DNA from: Fluviicola taffensis DSM 16823
GTDB lineage: Bacteria; Bacteroidota; Bacteroidia; Flavobacteriales_D; Crocinitomicaceae
Length of the DNA: 64,000 bases
Reading direction: 5' to 3'
NCBI RefSeq assembly: GCF_943372375.1
Contig: NZ_CALRYJ010000007.1
Span: 85,128 to 149,127, forward strand
Shown in pieces: positions 1-10,203 of this stretch. Numbering within the stretch: position 1 is the stretch's first letter; the number at the start of each line of letters is the position of its first letter. The notes below the pieces were generated by a model. It worked only from the letters and a program-made list of their open reading frames with translations. It did not search any database and was not told the DNA's origin. Made by a program: the position numbers and the translations under genes.

Positions 1-1
1 A

Positions 2-139
2 GAATCTCAATTGAATGGCTTTATCGAAGAACAGTTTACGAGAGCCGAACAGGAAGCAAATTCGTTAAAAGCTCGTGTAGAAAAGCGAATTGATTTGGAC
101 ACTTTGTTTTTACAATTGTTGGGAGAAAAGGAATGCTGA
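2..139 (+). CDS. 3' end of an upstream gene (partial), possibly a second PolB-superfamily nucleotidyltransferase
   Basis: Frame open from nt 2 (ESQLNGFIEEQFTRAEQEANSLKARVEKRIDLDTLFLQLLGEKEC*), stop TGA 137-139 overlaps the ATG at 133. Product is inferred from context only. Confidence 0.5.
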   Translation, partial: ESQLNGFIEEQFTRAEQEANSLKARVEKRIDLDTLFLQLLGEKEC

Positions 140-1203
140 GTATTCACACTTTACACGAGGAGAATCAGTATTTACTGCTTAAATGTATCAGTGGAAGCCG
201 TGCTTATGGATTGGATACGCCTCAATCTGACACAGACTACAAGGGGATATTTCTCTCTCCCAAAAAGGAATTCTATGGTTCTGATTTCCAAGATCAGGTT
301 GCCAATGAAACGAATGATATTGTTTATTATGAGTGGAGGAAATTCGTTGACCTGCTAGGGAAAAACAATCCCACGATCCTCGAATTATTGGCAACTCCGT
401 CAGATTCCGTTTTATATAAACACCCGTTGATTGAATCATTGGATGCTTCCGAATTTTTATCCAAATTGTGTTGTCAAACTTTTGCCGGTTATGCACAATC
501 CCAAATAAAGAAAGCACGTGGTTTAAACAAGAAAATCAGCAATCCTATAGAGACTGTAAGAAAGGAAATTCCAGATTTCTGTTTCGTAATTGATGGAATG
601 AATGTGATTCCATTAACACAGTGGCTTGGTACAAGGAATTTGAATGAAACCGATTGTGGCTTGGTGAAAATTCCTCATATGAGAGATGTGTATGCTTTGT
701 TCCACAATTCTCAGGTCAATGAGATCTCTTTGAAGGGGATTTATTCGGGGACAGATTCAAATGATGTATTGCTTAGTTCTATTCCAAAGGGAATTCAACC
801 GTTGAGCCTGATGAGTTTCAATAAAGATGCCTATTCGATTCATTGTAAAGAATATGCGCAATATTGGGAATGGATTGAAAAACGCAATGAAAGCCGTTAT
901 CAAAGTACAGTTTCTCACGGTAAAAATTACGATGCAAAAAACATGATGCATACTTTTAGATTACTTCATATGGCTGAAGAAATTGCCAAAGAAGGAAAAA
1001 TCTTTGTACGCAGAACTGATCGTGATTTCTTAATGAATATCCGGGAAGGGAAATTTGAATACGAAGATTTACTTCTCAAGGCTGAAGAAAAGGTAGAATT
1101 AATTGAATCCCTGTTTGAAAAAAGTACACTTCCGCAAGAACCAAATTTGGATAGATTGGAAGAGTTGCTAGTTGAGGTGCGCGATAAATATTATTCATTT
1201 TAA
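133..1203 (+). CDS. DNA polymerase beta superfamily nucleotidyltransferase (RlaP/YcgL-like)
   Basis: SGSRAYGLDTPQSDTDYKGIF matches the GS-x-[AY]G-x5-SDxD NTase motif; C-terminal YDAKNMMHTFRLL helical region typical of this family. Confidence 0.8.
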   Translation: MLSIHTLHEENQYLLLKCISGSRAYGLDTPQSDTDYKGIFLSPKKEFYGSDFQDQVANETNDIVYYEWRKFVDLLGKNNPTILELLATPSDSVLYKHPLIESLDASEFLSKLCCQTFAGYAQSQIKKARGLNKKISNPIETVRKEIPDFCFVIDGMNVIPLTQWLGTRNLNETDCGLVKIPHMRDVYALFHNSQVNEISLKGIYSGTDSNDVLLSSIPKGIQPLSLMSFNKDAYSIHCKEYAQYWEWIEKRNESRYQSTVSHGKNYDAKNMMHTFRLLHMAEEIAKEGKIFVRRTDRDFLMNIREGKFEYEDLLLKAEEKVELIESLFEKSTLPQEPNLDRLEELLVEVRDKYYSF

Positions 1204-1205
1204 AA

Positions 1206-1239
1206 ACAGTAGGGGCGCGATTAATCGCGCCCCTACTGT
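1206..1239. repeat. Perfect 34-bp GTAG-type REP-like palindrome, probably also the terminator between convergent genes
   Basis: ACAGTAGGGGCGCGATTAATCGCGCCCCTACTGT equals its own reverse complement; core GCGCGATTAATCGC recurs at 5723-5736. Confidence 0.8.
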
Positions 1240-1366
1240 GTATATTCAAATTAATACGACTATATAAATTTTCTCGTTCAAGAGTTAGGGCTACTGGTAA
1301 GCGCCCTAAAAATTTACATTTGTGGGAAATAAAAAATGTTGGTCTTTTAAAAGATTCCTGCAGTTG

Positions 1367-3133
1367 TTAATTTGCCGCTAAGATCACATCATCCCGTCTT
1401 TCACCGATTTGTTGTCTCCACATCGCATAGTACAAGCCTTTTTCGTCTAACAATTCGCTGTGTTTTCCGGTTTCGATAATGACTCCCTTTTCTAAAACGA
1501 AAATACGGTCCGCATGCATGATAGTCGACAAACGGTGTGCGATCAGAACCGTAATGTGCTCTTTTTTGTCCGTAATCTCACGGATGGTGTTCGAAATCGC
1601 TTCTTCCGTCAAGGAATCCAAAGCCGAGGTTGCTTCGTCGAAAACCATCAATCTCGGTTGACGTAACAATGCTCTTGCAATCGACAAACGTTGTTTTTCA
1701 CCACCACTCAATTTCATTCCACCTTCTCCGATCACGGTATCCAATCCGTTTTCGCTGCGCGCGATGAGGTTGGTACAAGATGCTTTGCGCAATGCTTCAG
1801 TGATATCTTCCTCCGTTGCATCCGGTTTCACGAACAACAAGTTTTCTCTGATCGTTCCGGAGAACAACTGGGTGTCTTGTGTTACAAATCCTAGTTGCTG
1901 CTGCAATTCTTCTTTGTCGATTTCTTTACTGCTGACTCCGTTATAGGTAATATCACCGTTTGGAGCACTGTACAAACCAACCAATAATTTCACCAAGGTA
2001 CTTTTACCGGATCCACTTGGGCCGACGAAAGCGATGGTTTCTCCTTTATTTACTTCAAATGAAATGTTACTTAAAGCGTCGTAAGAAGCAGTTTTGTGAC
2101 GGAATCCTACATTTTGGAAAGCCAATTTTTCAATCGCATTCAATTTGGTTGGACTTACTGGTTTTTCCTCAATAGGAGTATTGATGATTTGCTCAAAGTT
2201 GTTCAAAGATGCTTCTGCTTCACGGTAGGAGATAATCACGTTTCCAACTTCCTGTAAAGGTCCGAAAACAAAGAAGGAATAGAAATTCAATGAAATGATC
2301 TGCCCGGGTGACAAGACATCTCCGAATACGAGATACATCAGGAAGAACATGATGGATTGGCGCATGAAATTCACAAAAGTTCCCTGTATGAAAGAAATAC
2401 TTCGGATTTGACGCACCTTTTTCAATTCCAATAACAGAATTTTACGTGTTGTATCGTTCAGACGTTCTGTCTCTTGTGTTGCCAATCCTAAACTCTTTAC
2501 TAACTCGATATTGCGCAAACTTTCCGTCGTACTTCCTGCCAATTGATTGGTTTCCTTCACAATGGTGGTTTGTACTTTCTTAATGCGTTTGGATAGTTTA
2601 TTGGTAATGAAACTTAGAAGCAATGCAGATCCAAGATAAACGGGGATCAATCCGGGATGAACGCTTGAAGCGTAGACGATTACAAAGACCAAACCGACCA
2701 AAGAAGTAAACAGGATATTTACAAAATTCATGATGAACTTCTCATTGTCGCCCCGAACTTTTTGCAGAATGTTTAATGTTTCACCACTTCGCTTGTCTTC
2801 GAATTCACTGAATGGAACCTGAAGGGTGTGTTTCAACCCATCGGTATAAATATCTGCACCCACTTTCTGAATAACGAGATTCACAGTATAATCCTGGAAT
2901 GCTTTTGCAATGCGGCTGACCATTGCAGCACCAATTGCCAGAGCGATTAGAGAACCAACTCCAATCAGAAATTCATTTTGAGTGAATCTTTCTTTGTGTA
3001 AGGCATATTTATCTAGAAGTCTCCCGAAGATGTAAGGATCTAATAAGGAGAAAATCATGTTGATACTGGCTAGTATCATGGAAAGGAAAACGAGTACCTT
3101 GTAACGTTTTAAATAGGATACGAGTATTTTCAT
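1367..3133 (-). CDS. ABC transporter, fused permease/ATPase (MsbA-like exporter)
   Basis: N-terminal TM helices; Walker A GPSGSGKST, signature LSGGEKQR, Walker B MVFDEATSALD. Confidence 0.92.
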   Translation of the reverse strand: MKILVSYLKRYKVLVFLSMILASINMIFSLLDPYIFGRLLDKYALHKERFTQNEFLIGVGSLIALAIGAAMVSRIAKAFQDYTVNLVIQKVGADIYTDGLKHTLQVPFSEFEDKRSGETLNILQKVRGDNEKFIMNFVNILFTSLVGLVFVIVYASSVHPGLIPVYLGSALLLSFITNKLSKRIKKVQTTIVKETNQLAGSTTESLRNIELVKSLGLATQETERLNDTTRKILLLELKKVRQIRSISFIQGTFVNFMRQSIMFFLMYLVFGDVLSPGQIISLNFYSFFVFGPLQEVGNVIISYREAEASLNNFEQIINTPIEEKPVSPTKLNAIEKLAFQNVGFRHKTASYDALSNISFEVNKGETIAFVGPSGSGKSTLVKLLVGLYSAPNGDITYNGVSSKEIDKEELQQQLGFVTQDTQLFSGTIRENLLFVKPDATEEDITEALRKASCTNLIARSENGLDTVIGEGGMKLSGGEKQRLSIARALLRQPRLMVFDEATSALDSLTEEAISNTIREITDKKEHITVLIAHRLSTIMHADRIFVLEKGVIIETGKHSELLDEKGLYYAMWRQQIGERRDDVILAAN

Positions 3134-3248
3134 AGAAATCTAAAATTGATGTTTTTTCCTGAAGAATGAATGTTTATTGAAAAAATTTGGCGTCTGAATT
3201 GTTATTTCAACAGGAGATGCAAAAGTAATAAAAAGTTGGGAAACAATA

Positions 3249-3279
3249 GGGCAGGGACACTTTATAATTGTCCCTGCCC
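3249..3279. terminator. Hairpin downstream of the TonB-dependent receptor gene
   Basis: GGGCAGGGACA-9nt-TGTCCCTGCCC, 11-bp stem. Confidence 0.6.
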
Positions 3280-3310
3280 GGTATAGGTCTCGTATCGAAA
3301 AAAAAACTTA

Positions 3311-5674
3311 TCAGAACTCCAAACGATAGCTCAATATCGGGATCAACGATGTTTGGTACCAGTACTTTACTTCTCCGGTTTTGTCATTGAAATATTGCCC
3401 TCCGACATTTTTCCGATTCGTTGTATTCTGAATGTCAAGCGCAACGGTACTAGTAATCCGTTTGTAGTTGCGTTTCAGACTTAAGCGGATATCCAATCTG
3501 TAATAATCGGGCATTCTTTTTTGATAGGTTTGCGCTGTGACGTATTTTGTTTCGCCGGCTGCGATTGATGCGTTCAGATCTATCGGTGTATAACGGAAGC
3601 CTCCGACGTATATGGATTTAATATTGCAACCAATGGTTCGCTTCTTTTCCTTGTTTTTCAAATTCCATTCTTTCCCAATAGTTAAGGAAGTAGCGTAATT
3701 GGTATTGAACCGTGTATCATACCAAGCTCCATCAGCCCCTTTGTATTTGGATTCATAAAGTGAAGCAGACAGTAAATAATAGAGATTTTTGAACAGGAAC
3801 CGCTCATAAGTCAATTCCACACCATAATTTCTCCCAAGTCCCGAATTACTGAGTGATTCAGAGGGAAAACCATCCGTAGAATTTAAGATCGAATAGGTAC
3901 TTGTGGGATCTTTACTGATAGGGATACCAAATAAATGCTGGTAATACACTTCCGTTTTGATGTGTTCGTGTTCGTTCAGGACAAAATCATAGCCGAAAAC
4001 AGCATGATGTGCTTTGCTCAGCTTCAAATCCCGGTTCGGAAGCGTCCTTACTCCATTGTCCGTATTCTCCACAAAGTAAACACCTATTGGCTGCAGCTGG
4101 CTGTGCAAACCATAACCCAGAGTAAGATGGTGTTTCGGATGAATGTCATAACGCATGGATGCCCGTGGTTCAAGCGAATTACTGTTGTTCAGGAATAGCT
4201 GAAAGTAATGAACTCCGACATTCGCTGTCAGCTTTTCAGTGATGTGGGTATTCCATTGAAAAAACACTTGCATGGTTTCAGTTCCGCCTTTCTCATTGAT
4301 CTGTTCCAATAGAACGGTTGAGTCGCCCATGTCGCTTTGTTTTAAGCTATAGCCAAGATGGTTCAGGATAAACCCGGTTCGGATGTTGTTTTTTGCGTTT
4401 ATCTTTTGAGTGTATGTACTTGAAAGTGTCAGTTTGTTCTGCACAAATCGCTGCTCGTATTCGCGCGTAAGGGAAGAATAATCAAGCCCCAATCTGTCCT
4501 GTTTATAGCCATTTTCAGTTCCGGAAAATACCAAAGCCGTTTTTAAGTATGATTTGTTTTTGAAAAGTTTGGTATTGGTAACTCCGACCGCTCCGGTATT
4601 ACTGTAAAAATTGGTATTTAACCGGAGAAAATCGTCTTCCTGCCAGCGCACAGAATCCTTTTCTGCAGTGGTTGTCTGGTAGCTCAATCCACCAAAACCA
4701 AATAGGGTGAACTTCCCCAGCTTCCTGGTCGGGAGATAAAAATTGAATGACAGGTCCTGGAAATTGGTATTTGCATCTCCAATCGGAATCCCTATTTTTC
4801 CGAGTATGTTTAATGTCGAATAGCGGTAATTAATGAGGTATGACCCTTCATATCCTTTTTTGAACGGACCTTCGGCAGCCACATCCATTCCCAGAATTCC
4901 GAGTTGAACGGTGTATTCCCGCTTTTCATTATTCCCCTTTCTCAAACGCAGGTCGAATACACCGGAAAGTGCATTTCCATATTCTGCGGCAAAAGCCCCG
5001 GTCGAAAAGTCTGAATTACTCAAAAGCTGTGCACTTAAAATAGAGATTCCGCCGCCGGCAGTTCCCACATTCGAAAAATGGTTCGGGTTCGGAATTTCCA
5101 CACCTTCCATGCGCCACAAAAGACCGTTTGGTGAATTTCCACGAATCGAAATATGATTGTTACCGTCACCCGCAACTACCACGCCTGCAAAAGAGGTTGC
5201 CATGCGAGCCGGGTCGTTGACCGCAGCTGCGAACTTCTGTGTCTCTTCCACGGAAAACGTTCGGGTACTGACAGTGGAAAGTTCGTTCAAGGGTTTGTTT
5301 TTATCTGTTTTGGCAGTAATCACCACTTCATTTATTTTTTTTAGGTCTTCTTCCATGTTGATAGTGAGAACCAATTCTTTTCCGGCATTCACCGTGACAT
5401 TCTGCATCACAACCGGTTTGTAATCGAAAGCAGTGATTTCAATGGTTCTGCTTCCCACCGGAACACGCGACAGGTTGAACCGACCGTTCTCGTCTGTTAC
5501 GGCATGAATAACAGAATCTAATCCGGTTATTTGAATGACCGCTCCCGGAATGGAAGACTGGGAAATATTGTCGACAACTGTGCCTCGAACCGTTTGTGTT
5601 TGGGAGAAACAGGTATTGACAATAAGGCATAGCAATCCTGATACGAAGAATTTCGTTAATGTTTTTTGAAACAT
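3311..5674 (-). CDS. TonB-dependent outer-membrane receptor with N-terminal carboxypeptidase-regulatory-like domain
   Basis: Signal peptide, VRGTVVD..IPGAVI N-domain, plug NDPARMATSFAGV/IRGNSP, beta-barrel ending in YRLEF. Confidence 0.9.
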   Translation of the reverse strand: MFQKTLTKFFVSGLLCLIVNTCFSQTQTVRGTVVDNISQSSIPGAVIQITGLDSVIHAVTDENGRFNLSRVPVGSRTIEITAFDYKPVVMQNVTVNAGKELVLTINMEEDLKKINEVVITAKTDKNKPLNELSTVSTRTFSVEETQKFAAAVNDPARMATSFAGVVVAGDGNNHISIRGNSPNGLLWRMEGVEIPNPNHFSNVGTAGGGISILSAQLLSNSDFSTGAFAAEYGNALSGVFDLRLRKGNNEKREYTVQLGILGMDVAAEGPFKKGYEGSYLINYRYSTLNILGKIGIPIGDANTNFQDLSFNFYLPTRKLGKFTLFGFGGLSYQTTTAEKDSVRWQEDDFLRLNTNFYSNTGAVGVTNTKLFKNKSYLKTALVFSGTENGYKQDRLGLDYSSLTREYEQRFVQNKLTLSSTYTQKINAKNNIRTGFILNHLGYSLKQSDMGDSTVLLEQINEKGGTETMQVFFQWNTHITEKLTANVGVHYFQLFLNNSNSLEPRASMRYDIHPKHHLTLGYGLHSQLQPIGVYFVENTDNGVRTLPNRDLKLSKAHHAVFGYDFVLNEHEHIKTEVYYQHLFGIPISKDPTSTYSILNSTDGFPSESLSNSGLGRNYGVELTYERFLFKNLYYLLSASLYESKYKGADGAWYDTRFNTNYATSLTIGKEWNLKNKEKKRTIGCNIKSIYVGGFRYTPIDLNASIAAGETKYVTAQTYQKRMPDYYRLDIRLSLKRNYKRITSTVALDIQNTTNRKNVGGQYFNDKTGEVKYWYQTSLIPILSYRLEF

Positions 5675-5759
5675 GATTTTTATTTTTTGTAATTATGAAT
5701 CCTTTGGTCATCACCCGTATGCGCGCGATTAATCGCCTGCCCAAGAGGTTCCTGAATTT

Positions 5760-6485
5760 TTATATGTGGATTACCGACCCCGAACCACTGATGGTTGTAT
5801 TCACAGCAGGATTCCCCCTGTATTTGATATCACCGCTTCCGGAAATGGTCGCATTTAACTGATTTAAGACCCAAACGGAAACAGATCCTGACCCACTGAT
5901 CTTCACTTTTGAAATGTTCGCAGTCAAATTGTCCATTTCAATGTCTCCGGATCCGCTTATTTCCGCTTCTTCATTGGTTACCGCTCCGCCAGAAATGGAG
6001 ATGTTCCCTGAACCGCTGATGTCGGCATCCAAATTGCCTGCCGTGAGACCGGTAATCCGGATATCGCCAGAACCACTTATTTCCAATTCGAGACCGGTAG
6101 TTGTAAGCATTCCTGTAGATTCAAAATTCCCGCTTCCATCCAAATCAATTTTACGTAGATCAGGGGAATGGATAATGATTTTAATTCCATTGTGCTTGCG
6201 AATCCATTTACGGGAATCAATCTTCAATTCTCCTCCCTCGATTTCAGTTGTAATCACATCCAATACATTTTGCTGTGCCGAAATCTCTACGAAATAAACC
6301 GAGTCCTGCGTATAAGTTACGTCTGCATTGATAGACAATGAAATTTTATCAAAACCACTCAAATTACGTGTTTCGGTAACAGTTGCTCCTTTTCCCTTAA
6401 TTGAATTAAACAGGTGTTTTTTACAAGATGTAATTGAAACTGCCAGAACCAAAACCACCAGGATCATCCATTTTAAATTTTTCAT
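5760..6485 (-). CDS. Lipoprotein with GIN/DUF2807 beta-helix domain
   Basis: Lipobox SITSC; repeated ISGSGDI/ISGSGNI motifs. Confidence 0.85.
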   Translation of the reverse strand: MKNLKWMILVVLVLAVSITSCKKHLFNSIKGKGATVTETRNLSGFDKISLSINADVTYTQDSVYFVEISAQQNVLDVITTEIEGGELKIDSRKWIRKHNGIKIIIHSPDLRKIDLDGSGNFESTGMLTTTGLELEISGSGDIRITGLTAGNLDADISGSGNISISGGAVTNEEAEISGSGDIEMDNLTANISKVKISGSGSVSVWVLNQLNATISGSGDIKYRGNPAVNTTISGSGSVIHI

Positions 6486-6515
6486 AAAGACTTTTATTTT
6501 GTTAGTTATCTCTAT

Positions 6516-6543
6516 GACAACTGAAGGAAGGTTTACCCCTATT
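6516..6543 (-). promoter_or_regulatory. Putative ECF sigma promoter, copy 1
   Basis: Minus strand AATAGGGGTAAA-N10-GTTGTC, 30 nt upstream of the GIN gene; same boxes and spacing at 10204-10231. Confidence 0.7.
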
Positions 6544-6581
6544 TGATGGTGTGTTTTTTGAAAAAAAACGAATTTTAGGTT

Positions 6582-6724
6582 TCTCCCCTTGAGGGGAGAT
6601 CAAGAGGGGTGGAGGGATTGATGATAGGTAAGCCACCCTCCTTAGTCCTCCTTACAACTTTCGCACTGACGTTTGTCGTTGTTACGCCTTCATCCGCCGC
6701 GACGGACTCTTCTCAAGGGAGGAA
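6582..6724. repeat. Inverted pair of CTCCCCTTGAGGGGAG-type repeats, right unit interrupted by a ~58-bp insert
   Basis: Left unit TTCTCCCCTTGAGGGGAGATCAAGAGGGGT; right unit ACCCTCCTTAGTCCTCCT[insert]TCTCAAGGGAGGAA; insert contains TCCGCCGCGACGGA (6693-6706). Confidence 0.55.
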
Positions 6725-6774
6725 ACTTTAATTTCCCTCCAAGGAAACAAAAATAAAATCTAGGTGGTTCAAAT

Positions 6775-8661
6775 CTAAAAAAACCGCAAAGCAAGTTTTG
6801 CACCAATCCACAACTGATTGGAATAATTACCAGCAACGGAATTCTCAAGGGTTTTCTGACTGATCTTACTCCAGATGGGATCCATTTCCGGGTCGGTAGT
6901 TTCGCTGCTGTACCAGTTCAAAGTTGGTCCGGCGGCAATACTGAAGTTCTTTCCAAAGCGGTATTCAATCCCTATGAAACTTTTCGTCAGTAGGTTGTAG
7001 CTAAAGGTGGTGTTATTTAAATACAGTTGCTGCGCCGTCAGGTCCAGATCCAAATACCATTTCTTTCCTAGTCGAACGGCGGATCCCACTCCGTAACCAA
7101 AGGTCCACAAGGAACGTCCTCCGGCAATTTGTACTCCACCCAGGAGTATATTGTGGAACGCATCCACACCGGTCCGGAAACTGAGAGTGGTCAGTAGATT
7201 CTCATCCGAGGCAAGCTCCACTTTGTGGTATCCGGTTTTTACAAAACTTAAAAATCCGACCGGTATTCCGGTGATTGAATCGGCCACATTGAGGAATCCA
7301 AGCTGTGACCCTTTGACCTTTCCTGCTCTGTTGAGTAACCCCGAAAGCTGGAAACCATGGATCACACGGGCAGAATTGACCAATCCGGAGATCTGAGCTC
7401 CGGAAACCGTATCGCCAACATTGGCAATTCCGGCAATCTGACCTCCAAATACATTTTTTGAATGATTGTAAATCCCTGCTACCTGAACTCCTTTCGTATA
7501 GGAATGGTTCAAATTCGCAATTCCACCAATCTGAACGGCAGTTACTGTGTCCTTCACCAAATTGGCAATTCCGGCAACCTGAACGGACTTCACTTTCCCA
7601 CGATCAAGATTGACTAAACCAGCAACCTGAACCCCGTTCACCTCTTTTCCAACAGTATTGATCAAACCTCCTACCTGCACTCCGGTCGATGTTCCTGAAA
7701 CCAGGTTAGCCAAGCCGCCAATCTGCACATATTTCACGTTTCCGTAATCGAAATTGACCAAACCACCCAATTCAAAAACGTCAATTCCCTTGGATGAACC
7801 AACCAGTAGATTAAATGAAAATTTATTCACGGTATTCACCGAAAGCAGGCGGTTGGTACTGATCGGTGGGAACAATGAAAACGAAACATTGGTGAATAAG
7901 GTGTCAGAAATGTTTCTCAGGTTTGCACGACGCTCTCCGAATCGTTTCCAAAACGGGCTTATAACCGGAGTCGTGTCCTTAATCAAAGTTTCTGCCGGTT
8001 TCACAGAGTCAATAGAAAGCGTTACCCGGATAGAATCATTCATTAGGACACTTATGGGCGCCGATTTTGGCTGCAGGTAAATGACAAGTGTATTCTGCTG
8101 TTTCGATACGATCACAACGGTGGTATCTTTAAAATCTTCCTTTGCTACCGAAATCGAAAGTACATCGGCAGTTTTCGGGAACGACATGTTGAAATAGCCA
8201 TATTCATTAGTGATAGCCGATTGCTTAGGCTGCCTCAGATAGACACTGGATTCGACAATTTCCGTTGAATCCTCCGCATTCAGGATGTAGCCGTTCACAA
8301 CGATCGTTGATTTACTTGCAACCGCATTCTCCGGCTTCGGTTTGGTCACCGATTTGCAATTCACGATCACGTATTTCCCTTTCAGTTTCCAGGTACAATT
8401 TCCATTATTGAAAAGGGTATTCAAAACTATCCGAAGAGGCTGTCTATCAAACTTTACCGATATTCGTTGCTTGTCGTCGAAACCGGTATACGAGAACACT
8501 ACTCCGGTTTGGTTCGAGATCAGTTTGAATAATTCTTCGTATGCATAGGTTCCAGATCGGATAATAACATCCTTCTCCAAATAAGGAGTTTGCGCGTTTG
8601 ATTGAAAAACGGCAAAACAGCAAAGGGAAACAATACTTAAAAAACGGATCATTGGTTGCAT
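6775..8661 (-). CDS. STN + carboxypeptidase-regulatory-like domain outer-membrane protein with GxQxxGxxN beta-solenoid repeats
   Basis: LFKLISNQTGVVFSY (STN); about ten GVQVGGLIN/GVQVAGLVN-like repeats; C-terminal ALRFF; overlaps the fecR stop. Confidence 0.75.
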   Translation of the reverse strand: MQPMIRFLSIVSLCCFAVFQSNAQTPYLEKDVIIRSGTYAYEELFKLISNQTGVVFSYTGFDDKQRISVKFDRQPLRIVLNTLFNNGNCTWKLKGKYVIVNCKSVTKPKPENAVASKSTIVVNGYILNAEDSTEIVESSVYLRQPKQSAITNEYGYFNMSFPKTADVLSISVAKEDFKDTTVVIVSKQQNTLVIYLQPKSAPISVLMNDSIRVTLSIDSVKPAETLIKDTTPVISPFWKRFGERRANLRNISDTLFTNVSFSLFPPISTNRLLSVNTVNKFSFNLLVGSSKGIDVFELGGLVNFDYGNVKYVQIGGLANLVSGTSTGVQVGGLINTVGKEVNGVQVAGLVNLDRGKVKSVQVAGIANLVKDTVTAVQIGGIANLNHSYTKGVQVAGIYNHSKNVFGGQIAGIANVGDTVSGAQISGLVNSARVIHGFQLSGLLNRAGKVKGSQLGFLNVADSITGIPVGFLSFVKTGYHKVELASDENLLTTLSFRTGVDAFHNILLGGVQIAGGRSLWTFGYGVGSAVRLGKKWYLDLDLTAQQLYLNNTTFSYNLLTKSFIGIEYRFGKNFSIAAGPTLNWYSSETTDPEMDPIWSKISQKTLENSVAGNYSNQLWIGAKLALRFF

Positions 8662-9599
8662 GCCATTCCTTTAATCAGATATCCATTATTCTTTTCCCTG
8701 ATGATGGTGACTTCGAGTGTTTGAGAGATCACTGTTAAAACGGTCTCCAATTCTTCATTCAAAAATTCCGTCGTGATCCGGCAATTATTCAACTCCGGAT
8801 TATCAATTCGAATGTTCACCTTATAGGTTTTGTTGAGAATGAGAACCACGTCCTCCAATCGCTGATCATCCAATATGATCGTTTTATACTTTGCTTTCAG
8901 GTCCTCTGTCAGAATATCCAGTTTCAGCTCCCCGCTGGAAATAACATAATGAGCACTTTCATTGGCATGAAGCGTGAGTTGCATCCCTTTGTTGTCATAG
9001 ATGACCACAATCCCTTCATCCACGCGGACATAAATGGTGTCGTCGGCTGTTTTCACATCGAACTTTGTTCCGAGATCTTTGATATGAATCGGTCCGGCAT
9101 CAATGATGAACGGAAGCTTCTCGCTGTGTTTTACAGAGAAATAACCGGAACCTTTCAGTGTTACCGAACGGTCTTTCTTTCCATAACCCGCCGACAATTC
9201 CACACTGGAATGGGCTGCCAGCTGAATATCCGTTCCGTCATTCAGTTCAATATTCTTTTTTCCCTTTCCGGCAATAAAAACAGTCGTTTCCCCGCCTGAG
9301 TTCATCAGATAGATAACCGCTCCGAAAGAGAGGATCAGTATGGCAGCAACGGCAGAGATCCATCCGACAGCAAGTTTTCGAACCGGAGCTTGTGCTAGTT
9401 GCCCCTGAACTTTTGTCCAGGCAGTATCTGTTGAAACGGCTTGCTCTACCAAACCGAAAGCTAAGGCACTTTGTTCGAAATACGTTTTATTGTCACTTGA
9501 TTCAGCAACACAGTCTTCCAGGAACATTGCTTCTTCGGGGCTCGCTTCGCCTGTGAGGAATTTGCCAATCAGCGCATCCATGTCATGTACTATTTTCAT
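8649..9599 (-). CDS. fecR: FecR-family anti-sigma factor
   Basis: N-terminal anti-sigma helix, one TM, LNDGTDIQLAAHS..VTLKGSGYF..DLGTKFDV FecR motifs. Confidence 0.88.
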   Translation of the reverse strand: MKIVHDMDALIGKFLTGEASPEEAMFLEDCVAESSDNKTYFEQSALAFGLVEQAVSTDTAWTKVQGQLAQAPVRKLAVGWISAVAAILILSFGAVIYLMNSGGETTVFIAGKGKKNIELNDGTDIQLAAHSSVELSAGYGKKDRSVTLKGSGYFSVKHSEKLPFIIDAGPIHIKDLGTKFDVKTADDTIYVRVDEGIVVIYDNKGMQLTLHANESAHYVISSGELKLDILTEDLKAKYKTIILDDQRLEDVVLILNKTYKVNIRIDNPELNNCRITTEFLNEELETVLTVISQTLEVTIIREKNNGYLIKGMACNQ

Positions 9600-10159
9600 A
9601 AAGTTTGAATGAAAAAAAGGATGAGTAATGGCAAATAGTCTTTCAACTCTTCGCGTACAATTTTGAGGGCTTTCCCCATTTGATTTTCTATGGTTTTCAC
9701 CGACAAGCCTAATTGGTCTGCAATTTCCTGATAACGCAGTTGTTCAAAACGGCTCATTTTAAAGATGCGTCCGCATTGTTCGGGCATATTTTCCACTGCC
9801 ACTTGAATCCGTTCATTGAGTTCATTCACCTGGACCGGATCAGAAGAATCATGTTGAACAACTGTCGCTTTTAAGTCTTCTGCATAACCAGCGCGAATTT
9901 TCAAATGTTTGATCTTATTCAAACAGGCATTCTGAACAGACTTGTATAAAACTGCCCGGATAGAGGTATGAATATCTAATTGCGTCCGCTTTTCCCAAAG
10001 AGAAACGAAAACCTGCTGAACAACGTCCTCCGCTTCATCTGAATCTTTCAGAAAGGTGCTGCCATAGCGAACCAGCGGTTTATAATAATCGCGAAATACC
10101 ATTTCAAATGTGTTTAAATCTCCTGTCACAACTTGTGTTATCACTTGTTTTTCTTCCAC
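9596..10159 (-). CDS. ECF sigma-70 factor (Bacteroidetes expansion type)
   Basis: FRDYYKPL, EAEDVVQQVFVSLWEKR, region 4 YQEIADQLGLSVKTIENQM. I prefer GTG at 10159 over the track start 10219, which lies inside the putative promoter. Confidence 0.92.
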   Translation of the reverse strand: MEEKQVITQVVTGDLNTFEMVFRDYYKPLVRYGSTFLKDSDEAEDVVQQVFVSLWEKRTQLDIHTSIRAVLYKSVQNACLNKIKHLKIRAGYAEDLKATVVQHDSSDPVQVNELNERIQVAVENMPEQCGRIFKMSRFEQLRYQEIADQLGLSVKTIENQMGKALKIVREELKDYLPLLILFFIQTL

Positions 10160-10203
10160 CCCGGTGTATTTCACTAGGGCAAAGTTATCATCTTTTATTT
10201 TAA

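Noticed and set aside
7250-7760. Repeats in the STN protein as a diversity-generating or phase-variable element
   Set aside because: The similarity is at protein level (beta-solenoid); no template/variable repeat pair, reverse transcriptase or slippage tract.
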